From Thermoplasmatota archaeon (GTDB lineage Archaea; Thermoplasmatota; Penumbrarchaeia; Penumbrarchaeales; Penumbrarchaeaceae): a DNA stretch of 64,000 nucleotides. Numbering within the stretch: the first letter of the stretch is position 1; every line of letters begins with the position of its first letter. Under the pieces are notes generated by a model. It was not told the DNA's origin. It ran no database searches and saw nothing but the letters and a program-made list of their open reading frames with translations. Below are positions 39,443-48,058 of the stretch, piece by piece. The stretch spans positions 20 through 64,019 of the forward strand of contig JARVGK010000015.1 of the NCBI GenBank assembly GCA_029762535.1, read 5' to 3'. A program made the translations under genes and the position numbers.

Positions 39443-39656
39443 ACGATCACTCCTCCGTTGCCCATGGTCAATATATTGGACGGCCCATCATATTCGAGTA
39501 AACATGATGGGTCCGTTATCCGTTCGGACCGGGTATACACAAGGACCGCTTCGATCCCCGTTCCGGCCACATCGACAGGAACGGTATACTGATAGTAATT
39601 ATTTTCCATGGGATGCTGTAAATTAACCGACATGACCGTACAACAAAAATTACGAC

Positions 39657-40421
39657 TTACTTTCCTATTATTATCCCGTCAGGATCGATCTCCTTCAGAC
39701 GAAGAAGATCCTCATCAGTTGGAGGAGTTGAGGTCTCAATCTCTTCCGGTATGATGAGATCGAATCCGGTGTTCTCTATAACCTGCTCCAGTGTCACTCC
39801 AGGATGGAGGCTTATCAGTTTCATGCGGCAGGTATCTTCATCGAACCCCATCAGGGCAAGGTTCGTTATGACCCTGTAAGGCCCTGTTCCCGGAGGGAGG
39901 CCCGCCTCTTCCCTGGACCCCGGACCGTCGATGTATCCGGGTGTGGTTATGAAGTTCACCCTCTCGGGAAGCTTGTCCTTCTCATGCCGCGCTATGATGA
40001 TCGTTCTCCACGACAGTGACCCGAAATCGTTTGCGCCTCCGCTCCCGGGAAGCCTGACCTTTGGTGAGTCGTGATCGCCGAGTACGGTAGAGTTGATGTT
40101 CCCGTACATATCCACCTCCGCGCCTCCGAGGAAAGCATAGTCTATCATGCCCCTCTGTCCGGTCTCCATTATTCCTGCGAGTCCGGTAGCGGCGACAGCC
40201 CTGTGCACACATCTGGAATCCCCCACGGACAGAGGAAGTCTTGGGACCTGAGGGGCCATACAACCCGACTCGAAGAATATTATCAGGTTCGGTGCATGGG
40301 TCTTCTGAGCAAGGAGGCCGGCTATCATGGGAAGGCCGGTGCCAACACCCACGATAACGCCGTCCTCAAGCTGATGGGAGGCGACTGCCGCCATCATCTG
40401 TATCGGTGTGTAATCGGTCAT
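39657..40421 (-). CDS. CoA-transferase subunit B (glutaconate CoA-transferase GctB-like)
   Basis: GTGLP, catalytic FESG, LGGAEVD.YGNIN, RLPGSGGAND, FITTPG. Confidence 0.9.
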   Translation of the reverse strand: MTDYTPIQMMAAVASHQLEDGVIVGVGTGLPMIAGLLAQKTHAPNLIIFFESGCMAPQVPRLPLSVGDSRCVHRAVAATGLAGIMETGQRGMIDYAFLGGAEVDMYGNINSTVLGDHDSPKVRLPGSGGANDFGSLSWRTIIIARHEKDKLPERVNFITTPGYIDGPGSREEAGLPPGTGPYRVITNLALMGFDEDTCRMKLISLHPGVTLEQVIENTGFDLIIPEEIETSTPPTDEDLLRLKEIDPDGIIIGK

Positions 40422-41389
40422 CTCAACTCCTCCAGCCTTCTCAGTTCGTATAGCTTCTTGATACCAACGAGGTCGAGGTACTCCTCAAAATCCTTGACGG
40501 AATAGACCCATCTGTCAAGATATGCATGAAGGTCCTTCTCGTTAGCACCAGCTTTGAGATAATCCTTAAGGTGTTCGTTATCGAAGTAATATTCATAGGG
40601 CATGTTGCAAGGATGACTGCCCCAAGGCGCCTCGATGACAGCATCGACGCAGAAATAAGGTATGGTGGTCCGTTCAGGGGCGTCCCTGAAGAACGAATCG
40701 GGAACTATCCTCTCCGCCGTGACTATGACCCGTTTTGAGGCTTTTGCCAGGTCATCGTCCTTTACGGTCGTTCCTCTTACGAGGCAGTTGCCGTACCTGT
40801 CGGCATAATGAACGTGTATGATGGAAACGTCCGGCATGAGGGCGGGGAGGGCCGCCAGTTTCTGTCCTGTGAAAGGACATACCATGGTCTTTGCCGCGCT
40901 GAAATTGAAAGTGTCAGATCCCAGCATGTTCCTGGCGGGGAGGAACGGAAGTCCCATTGCGGCCGCCTTGATCCTCCATGATAGGGCCCCGTTTGTCCAT
41001 TCAACGCATTTTACCCTGCCTGATTCCACCGCTCTCCTTCCGTTCTTGGATAGGCCCCTGGTCTCGAAGGCGAATGAATAGGCAACATCCACGGCATCCA
41101 CACAGTCACCTGCGATGAGGACGTCAAGGTCATGGACGGCCGTATGGCCCGATACTCGAAGATGCTTGACCTTTTGCCTCACGATCTCGTAGATCATAGG
41201 CATGGATATTCTGACGTGTCCGAAGCCTCCGATAGCGAGATATGCACCGTCCTTCACGAACCTATCCACTGCCTCCCTGGCAGTGGCCGTTTTGTCGATA
41301 AGGCCCCTGGCTTTATACTTCCTGTTCCATTCCCTTATCTCATCGGCCGTGCATGCGCTCAACAGTTCTCCATGGCCTTCTTCGATCAT
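40418..41389 (-). CDS. CoA-transferase subunit A (GctA-like)
   Basis: DG...IGGF, AAAMGLPFLP, GSD, CPFTG, AD.YGN, PWGSHP; start ATG 41389 behind GAGGT. Confidence 0.9.
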   Translation of the reverse strand: MIEEGHGELLSACTADEIREWNRKYKARGLIDKTATAREAVDRFVKDGAYLAIGGFGHVRISMPMIYEIVRQKVKHLRVSGHTAVHDLDVLIAGDCVDAVDVAYSFAFETRGLSKNGRRAVESGRVKCVEWTNGALSWRIKAAAMGLPFLPARNMLGSDTFNFSAAKTMVCPFTGQKLAALPALMPDVSIIHVHYADRYGNCLVRGTTVKDDDLAKASKRVIVTAERIVPDSFFRDAPERTTIPYFCVDAVIEAPWGSHPCNMPYEYYFDNEHLKDYLKAGANEKDLHAYLDRWVYSVKDFEEYLDLVGIKKLYELRRLEELR

Positions 41390-41538
41390 TTTCCAGACCT
41401 CGACCCGTATTCTCGACCATCTTATATAATACTTCAACAAATGGATCTTAATGAAAAAGGGATTAACATATGTCCCAAAGATCTCCTTTAAGAAAGTTCC
41501 AAATATCCTTGACGGGTTGGGGCATGTGGTGAAATATA

Positions 41539-42678
41539 ATGGATTTCGGCATGAACGAGGAACAGAGAATGCTCAAACAGGTGATCAAGGAATTCGCTGA
41601 GAGGGAGATCGCGCCCATCGCAGCCAAGATCGACCAGGAAGGGTCTTTCGATATGGATATCGTCAAGAAGATGGGGGAAATGGGACTGATGGGAATGACC
41701 GTCCCGAGGGAATATGGAGGATCAGGCCTAGACAGGATCAGCTACAACATCACCTTGGAGGAGATCGGCAGGGTATCGGCATCTATTGGCCTCACGGTGG
41801 AGGCACACAACACTCTTGGGGTTGGCCATATCTACGAACTGGGAAACGAGGAACAACGAAGAAAATACCTGCCGAAACTGACAAACGGAGAGGGGCTGGC
41901 GGCCTGGGCTCTCACCGAGCCCAATGCTGGTTCGGATGCGGGCTCACTTCAGACGACCGCGGTAAGGGATGGGGATCATTATATTTTGAATGGTACAAAG
42001 CAGTTCATAACGAGCGGTCATGTGGCGGAGGTGTTCACTGTGATGGCCAAGACAGATGTGACCAAGGGCGTCAAGGGGATAAGCGCCTTCATAGTGGAGA
42101 AGGGAACCCCCGGCCTCAAGATGGGCGTTGAAGAGGATAAACTCGGTATGAGAGGGTCGATAACCTCAGAGGTGATCTTGGAAGACTGCCGTGTTCCCGC
42201 CGGCAACTTGATAGGGGAAGAAGGAAAGGGTTTCACCGGGGCTATGAGTATTCTAGATCGAGGCAGGACGGCCATAGGAGCATTGGCCGTTGGACTTGCA
42301 CAGGGGGCTATGGACGAATGTATCTCCTATTCCAAACAGAGAATCCAATTCGAGAAGCCGATATCGAGCTTCCAGGCGATACAATGGAAATTGGCGGATA
42401 TGGCAACGGAGATCGACGCCGCCCGTCTTCTGGTACTTAGGGCCGCGTGGATGGAGGAGATGGGCATGCCCTTCTCAAAAGAGGCTTCGATGGCGAAGCT
42501 GTTCGCCTCCGAGGTCGCGGTAAAGGCGAGCGTTGATGCCGTGCAGATCCATGGAGGTTATGGATATACCAAGGAATATCCAGTTGAGAGATTCTTCAGG
42601 GATTCGAAGCTCTACACCATAGGCGAGGGGACCTCGGAGGTCCAGCGCATGGTCATTTCAAAGAAGATAGGCCTTTAA
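41539..42678 (+). CDS. Acyl-CoA dehydrogenase (short/branched-chain type)
   Basis: ALTEPNAGSD, LNGTKQFIT, KLGMRGS, QIHGGYGY, IGEGTSEVQR. Confidence 0.95.
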   Translation: MDFGMNEEQRMLKQVIKEFAEREIAPIAAKIDQEGSFDMDIVKKMGEMGLMGMTVPREYGGSGLDRISYNITLEEIGRVSASIGLTVEAHNTLGVGHIYELGNEEQRRKYLPKLTNGEGLAAWALTEPNAGSDAGSLQTTAVRDGDHYILNGTKQFITSGHVAEVFTVMAKTDVTKGVKGISAFIVEKGTPGLKMGVEEDKLGMRGSITSEVILEDCRVPAGNLIGEEGKGFTGAMSILDRGRTAIGALAVGLAQGAMDECISYSKQRIQFEKPISSFQAIQWKLADMATEIDAARLLVLRAAWMEEMGMPFSKEASMAKLFASEVAVKASVDAVQIHGGYGYTKEYPVERFFRDSKLYTIGEGTSEVQRMVISKKIGL

Positions 42679-42727
42679 AGGCCATCGACCGAACGCTTTA
42701 TTAACGACACGTTGATTCCAAGGGGCA

Positions 42728-43402
42728 ATGATGGGGACGAGCAAGTTCATACATAGAGTGCCGATCATAATGACCGGTATCGGTATGGTCCTGGTTCTAG
42801 TAATGGTCCTGGCCCCTGCGACCCTTCCTCCCGGAGAAGTGATCGGACTAGATGCAAGGGCAAACGCGATGGACTACTGGCCAAAATGGCGGGACATGGG
42901 CCCCTTCCATCTAGCGGCTTACACGTTCGGGGACTTCAATTGCCATCAAAAGGAGGAAAGAACGCTTATCATCAACGGGAATCAGATGCCAGTTTGTTCA
43001 AGGGACATCGCCATCTTCGTGGGGATCATCCTCGGTTCGGCACTTCTGTTGAGAGCGAAAGCAGATGATTCTCCTTTCGAGATATTCCTTGACATCATGC
43101 CGCGTAGATTAAACAGAAGTTTTAAGGGACCCTTCAGATGGCTGTTCCCCGCATTCGTTCTGGGGCTCCTCTTCGTGCCGACGGCCCTTGACGGAGGTAT
43201 ACAGATGATGTCATCGATGCCCTTTTGGCCGTTCGGATTCGATTACGAAAGCAACAACTTGATGAGGATATTGACGGGTCTGCCCATGGGGGCATCTCTC
43301 GGCATAGTATCGACAATGCTCATTATGACCATATTTTCAAGAAGGGATGACGGAGAGACCCCGCTCATGACCCTCGGAAAATGGGCGGTATCCGATCAAT
43401 GA
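42728..43402 (+). CDS. DUF2085 family membrane protein
   Basis: CHQ..ER....GNQMPVCSRD, LDGG.Q, YESNN..R..TG. Confidence 0.8.
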   Translation: MMGTSKFIHRVPIIMTGIGMVLVLVMVLAPATLPPGEVIGLDARANAMDYWPKWRDMGPFHLAAYTFGDFNCHQKEERTLIINGNQMPVCSRDIAIFVGIILGSALLLRAKADDSPFEIFLDIMPRRLNRSFKGPFRWLFPAFVLGLLFVPTALDGGIQMMSSMPFWPFGFDYESNNLMRILTGLPMGASLGIVSTMLIMTIFSRRDDGETPLMTLGKWAVSDQ

Positions 43403-43426
43403 CAGGTTTCGTTCGGGGGAGACGTA

Positions 43427-43657
43427 TTGGAAGGCTCGAGTTCAAGGGAAAGGGCATTGAGGCTCACATCCTGGAAGGATGGGGTGGAGAGAACGGTCGA
43501 ATATGGGGCAAACGAGACCTTAACCGACCTGCTTCGCAGATCGGGATTCTTCATCGACGGAGTTTTGGTGATGCATGGCAAGGATCCGATCCCCCTAGAC
43601 ACCCCACTTGACCATCTGTACAATATAACGGTTATTGAAGTTATGTCAGGAGGATGA
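43427..43657 (+). CDS. Ubiquitin-like beta-grasp protein (SAMP/ThiS/MoaD family)
   Basis: About 70 aa, TL.DLL, PIP.D, C-terminal VMSGG; ATGA overlap with next gene. Confidence 0.75.
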   Translation: MEGSSSRERALRLTSWKDGVERTVEYGANETLTDLLRRSGFFIDGVLVMHGKDPIPLDTPLDHLYNITVIEVMSGG

Positions 43658-44481
43658 ATATGAACAGTACAATAGGAATATACCTTGTGGGAACGGCGGG
43701 ATGTGGAAAATCCACATTATGCGCTTCCATGGAAAGATGGTTCGATGAGAACGGTATTCCAACTATAACGATGAATCTGGACCCCGGAGCCCTTCACCTT
43801 CCATACGATCCGGTCGTCGATGTAAGGGAATGGATAACATTGACGGAGATAATGGAGGAGAACGGACTCGGTCCTAACGGCGCTCAGATAGTCTGCGCGG
43901 ACCTTCTGGCCATCGAGAACCACAGGTTGAAGGAGGCCTTGGGTGGATATGATGTCCCATATGTGATTATCGATACGCCCGGCCAGATGGAGCTCTTCTC
44001 CTTTAGAGAGGCCTCCAAAGAGATAGTGAACGAACTGTTTCCGGGGCATTCAGCAATGACCTATCTGGTGGACCCCTTTAACTCCAGGACGCCATCGGGT
44101 CTGATAAGTCAGATGATGCTATCCTCTCTCTCCGCCCTTCGCTTCCAGATCCCAACGGCGAATGTGATATCGAAATCGGATATGATCGAAGAGGGGCAGA
44201 AGCGGGATCTCGAACGATGGTTGGAGAATCCTGAGTTCCTTCTGGATGACGCCATCGCAGAGGCCAGTACCGGCCAGAACATGAACCAACAACTCGCGAT
44301 CGAGATATACAAGGCCCTGGAGAATCTAGGCCTTTTCCAGGGAATGAATATGGTATCCTCCAAAGACTCATCAGGGATCGACAGGATATACCGGATCATC
44401 CAGAGCATTCATTATGGTGGAGATGATCATATTTCCCCTTCGGAGGATGGGAAAGAAGAACGAAAAGATCTCCGAGATTAG
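43654..44481 (+). CDS. GPN-loop GTPase
   Basis: GTAGCGKST, NLDPG, GLGPNGA, DTPGQME, SKSD. Confidence 0.92.
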   Translation: MNMNSTIGIYLVGTAGCGKSTLCASMERWFDENGIPTITMNLDPGALHLPYDPVVDVREWITLTEIMEENGLGPNGAQIVCADLLAIENHRLKEALGGYDVPYVIIDTPGQMELFSFREASKEIVNELFPGHSAMTYLVDPFNSRTPSGLISQMMLSSLSALRFQIPTANVISKSDMIEEGQKRDLERWLENPEFLLDDAIAEASTGQNMNQQLAIEIYKALENLGLFQGMNMVSSKDSSGIDRIYRIIQSIHYGGDDHISPSEDGKEERKDLRD

Positions 44482-45769
44482 TTTGGGTAGGTCCGGTCCT
44501 GATCCCTCCAGGATGTCTCTCGAAATATGATGCGCTGTCACTATCCTTCAGACAATTCATCGCGAAGGCGTCATCCCGCACCATTTCGTATTCGATGCAG
44601 GCGCCTGCGAGGTCCGAAGTCCCATCGGATCCGTCCGTTGACAAGAAAAGGGCCGTCTCTCCTTCTTTGATCTCATCCAAGGAAGAGAGGGCCATTTCAA
44701 GGTTCCTACCTCCGCGTCCTTCTCCAGTGACATGGACAACGGTCTCACCTTGAGCGATGAAAGCGGACCTTCTGTTCGACAAATGAACACGACTCTTTCT
44801 AATTAGATCGATCGAGGTAGTCCTCGCCTCTCCGGAGAAGGGAATCGGATCTATGATCACATCATACTCTCGCTTGGAAAGAAGATCGGATGCGGTCCTC
44901 AAAACAAACATGTTGTCAGCGATCATGACCCAATCAGCCTCTCCTTCGTATTCAGGAACATGCCTTTCATCAAGAGAGCCTATGATGTTCACGGTCTTTT
45001 GGTCAATATGGAACCTCTCGAGAATATCCATGACCGAATCCCTGCTTGGCGACCTTGGTATGGTTGGTCCAGACCCTATGAACGCAGGATCGTTGCCCGG
45101 TACGTCGGAGATCATGAGAGTGACTATCCTAGCCTCGTTGATGGAAGAGAGCAGTCCGCCGCCCTTGACATCGGACAGATACGTCCTAACGGTATTGAGT
45201 TCGATGATGTTCGCCCCAGACAGAATGAGCTGCCGGACCACATCGATCTTAACAAGGGGATCCAATCCTTCACGGGGCGAGAACAGTAGAGATGATGCGC
45301 CCCCGGAGACCATGACGATCACTATATCATCCGGTCCTGCGTATGATAGGACATCCCTAATTCTCCTCACGTTTTTCGTATCATCCGGCATTGGAAGCGG
45401 ATGATGGCCCTTCAACATGAGAATGTCCCTGGCATCCATATTCTCGCAAGAGGTTCCTATAACCATATGGAACGGGGGGAGCTCAAGATCAAGACGATCC
45501 AGCATATCCTTCATGGATGAGTGCATGGGGGCGGATGCCTTTCCAACGGATAGGGTGAACACCCTGCAGTTTTGAAGATCATGGGCAATTATGATCCTTT
45601 CTCCCTTAACACAACAATCCATCTCAAGACCATGTTCATGGACCCAGACATTATTTCTGACGATCTCGTAAGGGGAAAGTTTTTTCATAAGGTCAGATAT
45701 AAAAGAACACATTCGAGTCATGTTCTCGCTCTTCGAAATGTGACGCCCATCGCGGATCTCGACATCCAT
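44396..45769 (-). CDS. Glycerate 2-kinase (MOFRL family)
   Basis: VGKAS, HPLP, SGGASSL, VKGG, ISDVPG..IGSGPT, GGRN.E, TDGSDG, TGPTQTN; start reassigned to about 45769. Confidence 0.85.
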   Translation of the reverse strand: MDVEIRDGRHISKSENMTRMCSFISDLMKKLSPYEIVRNNVWVHEHGLEMDCCVKGERIIIAHDLQNCRVFTLSVGKASAPMHSSMKDMLDRLDLELPPFHMVIGTSCENMDARDILMLKGHHPLPMPDDTKNVRRIRDVLSYAGPDDIVIVMVSGGASSLLFSPREGLDPLVKIDVVRQLILSGANIIELNTVRTYLSDVKGGGLLSSINEARIVTLMISDVPGNDPAFIGSGPTIPRSPSRDSVMDILERFHIDQKTVNIIGSLDERHVPEYEGEADWVMIADNMFVLRTASDLLSKREYDVIIDPIPFSGEARTTSIDLIRKSRVHLSNRRSAFIAQGETVVHVTGEGRGGRNLEMALSSLDEIKEGETALFLSTDGSDGTSDLAGACIEYEMVRDDAFAMNCLKDSDSASYFERHPGGIRTGPTQTNLGDLFVLLSHPPKGKYDHLHHNECSG

Positions 45770-45780
45770 GGAACATGATG

Positions 45781-45797
45781 CGAAATGGACTATAATA
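45781..45797. promoter_or_regulatory. Candidate bidirectional TATA element
   Basis: TATAATA (45791-45797) lies 22 nt from each divergent ATG (45769 and 45819); CGAAA BRE-like sequence upstream on the + strand. Confidence 0.45.
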
Positions 45798-45818
45798 CTT
45801 AGGCCCAAGGGATGAAAC

Positions 45819-46904
45819 ATGTCAAGGCATAGCTCCGCTATAAGAAGCCATTCATGCGGTATATGCGGCAGCCCTAACTGCATTTCCCATACACTGAGAA
45901 GAGCAGGGACTTGTCCGTTCGAGGACACAGACCATGAATGGAACGCGTTATCGATGAACGAGGCGACTTTGGACCTGCTTGAAAGGGGTAGAACGAAACC
46001 TTCCATGAAAGAGATCTCTCCATGCTCCGAATACACCAGGTTCACCATGGAAGGCGTCCTCGAAGATCCCCTACTCCCTGATAAGAACGCCGTTTTCGAT
46101 CCGATAACGCTTGGCGAGTCCTTCAAAGCGAGCAGATTCTCTTCCAAGAAATGGTCGGAACCGCTATCTTACGGGATGGCCGTGGACCGTGAGGATACCC
46201 GAATTCACCTTCATGGAAAAGGCAAGATAATAATAAGAAGGGCTATTGACAGGGATCATGCGGTATCTCTCTTCAATGAGATCGCCGATCTGATGTGGCC
46301 TTCACTCCTGGATTCGACCAGCGGGATGACCTTATCCGAAACGATTCACTCATTATCCTTACATGATATGAAGATCGACACGAAAAGATGGGGCCCATTT
46401 ATGGACTGGCCCGCGTCAAACGGCAACGATATGGCGGATATCAACATCGTGATGGACCATTACCGAAAGCAGAGGTCCATCGATATCGATGGGATACTTA
46501 AAGCCACTAGGGTGGCAATAGGGCACGGTACCCAACGATCCGATATAGTGACGGAGAACGAACCGAGTCATGAAAAAGGCATGAGAGCGGTCCTCTATGT
46601 TATCATGAAGCGCTGGAACGATCTTGAGGTTGCAGGATATGCCACAAGAGAGGAGGCATTGGGAGCGAGGACGCATTTCCTCATCGCCCAGAGAGGGATC
46701 TCGGGATTTATCGATCTCATCGATGAGAAGTATACCAACAGCGAAATTTCGGATGATATCAAACGGATCTCGAAGAAGGTCTTGTTCGCCGATGACGATC
46801 CTGCAACAGTTTTGGAAAAGATGGATCGGGACCTCAAAATCGACCGCTGTCATCTTCGGCACCTGTTCAAATTCATCTATTTCATCATGTCTGACAGGAG
46901 ATGA
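45819..46904 (+). CDS. Hypothetical protein with N-terminal CxxCGxPxC...CP Fe-S-binding motif
   Basis: CGICGSPNC..CPF; central IHLHGKGKIIIRRA beta-hairpin/helix. Confidence 0.6.
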   Translation: MSRHSSAIRSHSCGICGSPNCISHTLRRAGTCPFEDTDHEWNALSMNEATLDLLERGRTKPSMKEISPCSEYTRFTMEGVLEDPLLPDKNAVFDPITLGESFKASRFSSKKWSEPLSYGMAVDREDTRIHLHGKGKIIIRRAIDRDHAVSLFNEIADLMWPSLLDSTSGMTLSETIHSLSLHDMKIDTKRWGPFMDWPASNGNDMADINIVMDHYRKQRSIDIDGILKATRVAIGHGTQRSDIVTENEPSHEKGMRAVLYVIMKRWNDLEVAGYATREEALGARTHFLIAQRGISGFIDLIDEKYTNSEISDDIKRISKKVLFADDDPATVLEKMDRDLKIDRCHLRHLFKFIYFIMSDRR

Positions 46905-47035
46905 ACGCACTGAGGTCCAACTCAAGTTCCTTTTCCCCCGAAGTGATTTTACCGGATAGTATTATATCCTTTATCGAAGAATACAGAAACACTGATCAGA
47001 TCCGCATAAAGGAGTGAACCACTGGAGTGTTCAAG

Positions 47036-48028
47036 ATGTCCATAACGAAGATAGAAAGGCTCAGAAAGGAGATGGATACAGCGATCTCGACCGAGGATTT
47101 CCAGCTGGCGTTCCAGGTCGTGAACGATATGCTGGACATAGATCCCGAGAACGCTCAATTCTGGAACTCGAAGGGTGTTATTCTGGCAAAACTCAACAGG
47201 ATAGAGGAGGCCCTGGAATCATTCGATCGTGGACTGCTGCTTGATCAGAACGAACCCAGGATATGGTATTCCAAGGGATGTGTCCTCATGGAATCGGAAG
47301 AGTTCAGGCTCGCTCTGGCATGCTTCTACAAATCACTTGACCTTGATCCAGCTTATACGAAAGCGAAAGATAGATTCATAAGGTGCCTGGATGAATGGGT
47401 CGAATCGGGTGGGGAACGAGGAAACGAGCCATCAAGTATAGGTCAGGACCATCAAGATACATACGAGGAAGATCTGGATGAGTCCGACATGGAGTGGTCG
47501 GAGGAGAAAAGGGTTCTGATAGATGATGATGAGGAAGAGGAGGGGATCCGATCGGTTCCAAGGTCTCAGGAGATAATGAAACAGAGGGAAATAAAGGGCA
47601 CTTTTCTTGATGATGATCTGTTCAGCGATGAGAACAAGGAAGAAACCAAGGACGCATCATGGGAGGAGAGTGAGGAGGATAGTGGCGAGGAGGAGTGGTC
47701 GGAGGAAGAGATGGAAGGGTGGGATGAAGAGGATGGTTCCTTAGAAAATGAAAAAGACATTTTAGAAGATGACGATGCATCACAGGACGATGAAGACGAT
47801 GAGGATGACGATGCCGGGGAAGAATGGGTAGAGGAGGAGCTGGAGGGTTGGGATGGGGAGGATGAGCCATCCGATGATGGATCGGACATCGGACCTAATG
47901 AGGAGATCCGAGATATCAAGAAGACGATCACGTGCAAATGTGGAGATGATATCCCGATATTCAGCGATGAGAGGCCTTACAGGTTCGAATGCCCTTCATG
48001 TGGAAGGACAGGTACGCTGAAGAAGTGA
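47036..48028 (+). CDS. TPR protein with long acidic disordered region and C-terminal zinc ribbon
   Basis: Three TPR-like repeats (FWNSKG, IWYSKG), D/E-rich tract, CKCG...CPSCG. Confidence 0.75.
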   Translation: MSITKIERLRKEMDTAISTEDFQLAFQVVNDMLDIDPENAQFWNSKGVILAKLNRIEEALESFDRGLLLDQNEPRIWYSKGCVLMESEEFRLALACFYKSLDLDPAYTKAKDRFIRCLDEWVESGGERGNEPSSIGQDHQDTYEEDLDESDMEWSEEKRVLIDDDEEEEGIRSVPRSQEIMKQREIKGTFLDDDLFSDENKEETKDASWEESEEDSGEEEWSEEEMEGWDEEDGSLENEKDILEDDDASQDDEDDEDDDAGEEWVEEELEGWDGEDEPSDDGSDIGPNEEIRDIKKTITCKCGDDIPIFSDERPYRFECPSCGRTGTLKK

Positions 48029-48058
48029 TATCTTACAGGGGATTTGCCGCCAAGGCGC

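Noticed and set aside
39439-39633. 64-aa ORF between gctB-like and thiolase-like genes
   Set aside because: No recognisable motif or RBS; its end is the next gene's RBS; better explained as a structured spacer
39657-41389. AibAB-type decarboxylase instead of CoA-transferase
   Set aside because: The catalytic Glu of subunit B (FESG) is retained
44396-44481. Convergent 3' overlaps (also 27497-27559)
   Set aside because: Short overlaps of unconserved tails, common in compact archaeal genomes
45770-46147. Long N-terminal extension of glycerate kinase (similarly for GGR, CutA, DUF35, porC)
   Set aside because: Extensions overlap neighbouring genes or leaders; family motifs and RBS or TATA spacing support downstream starts
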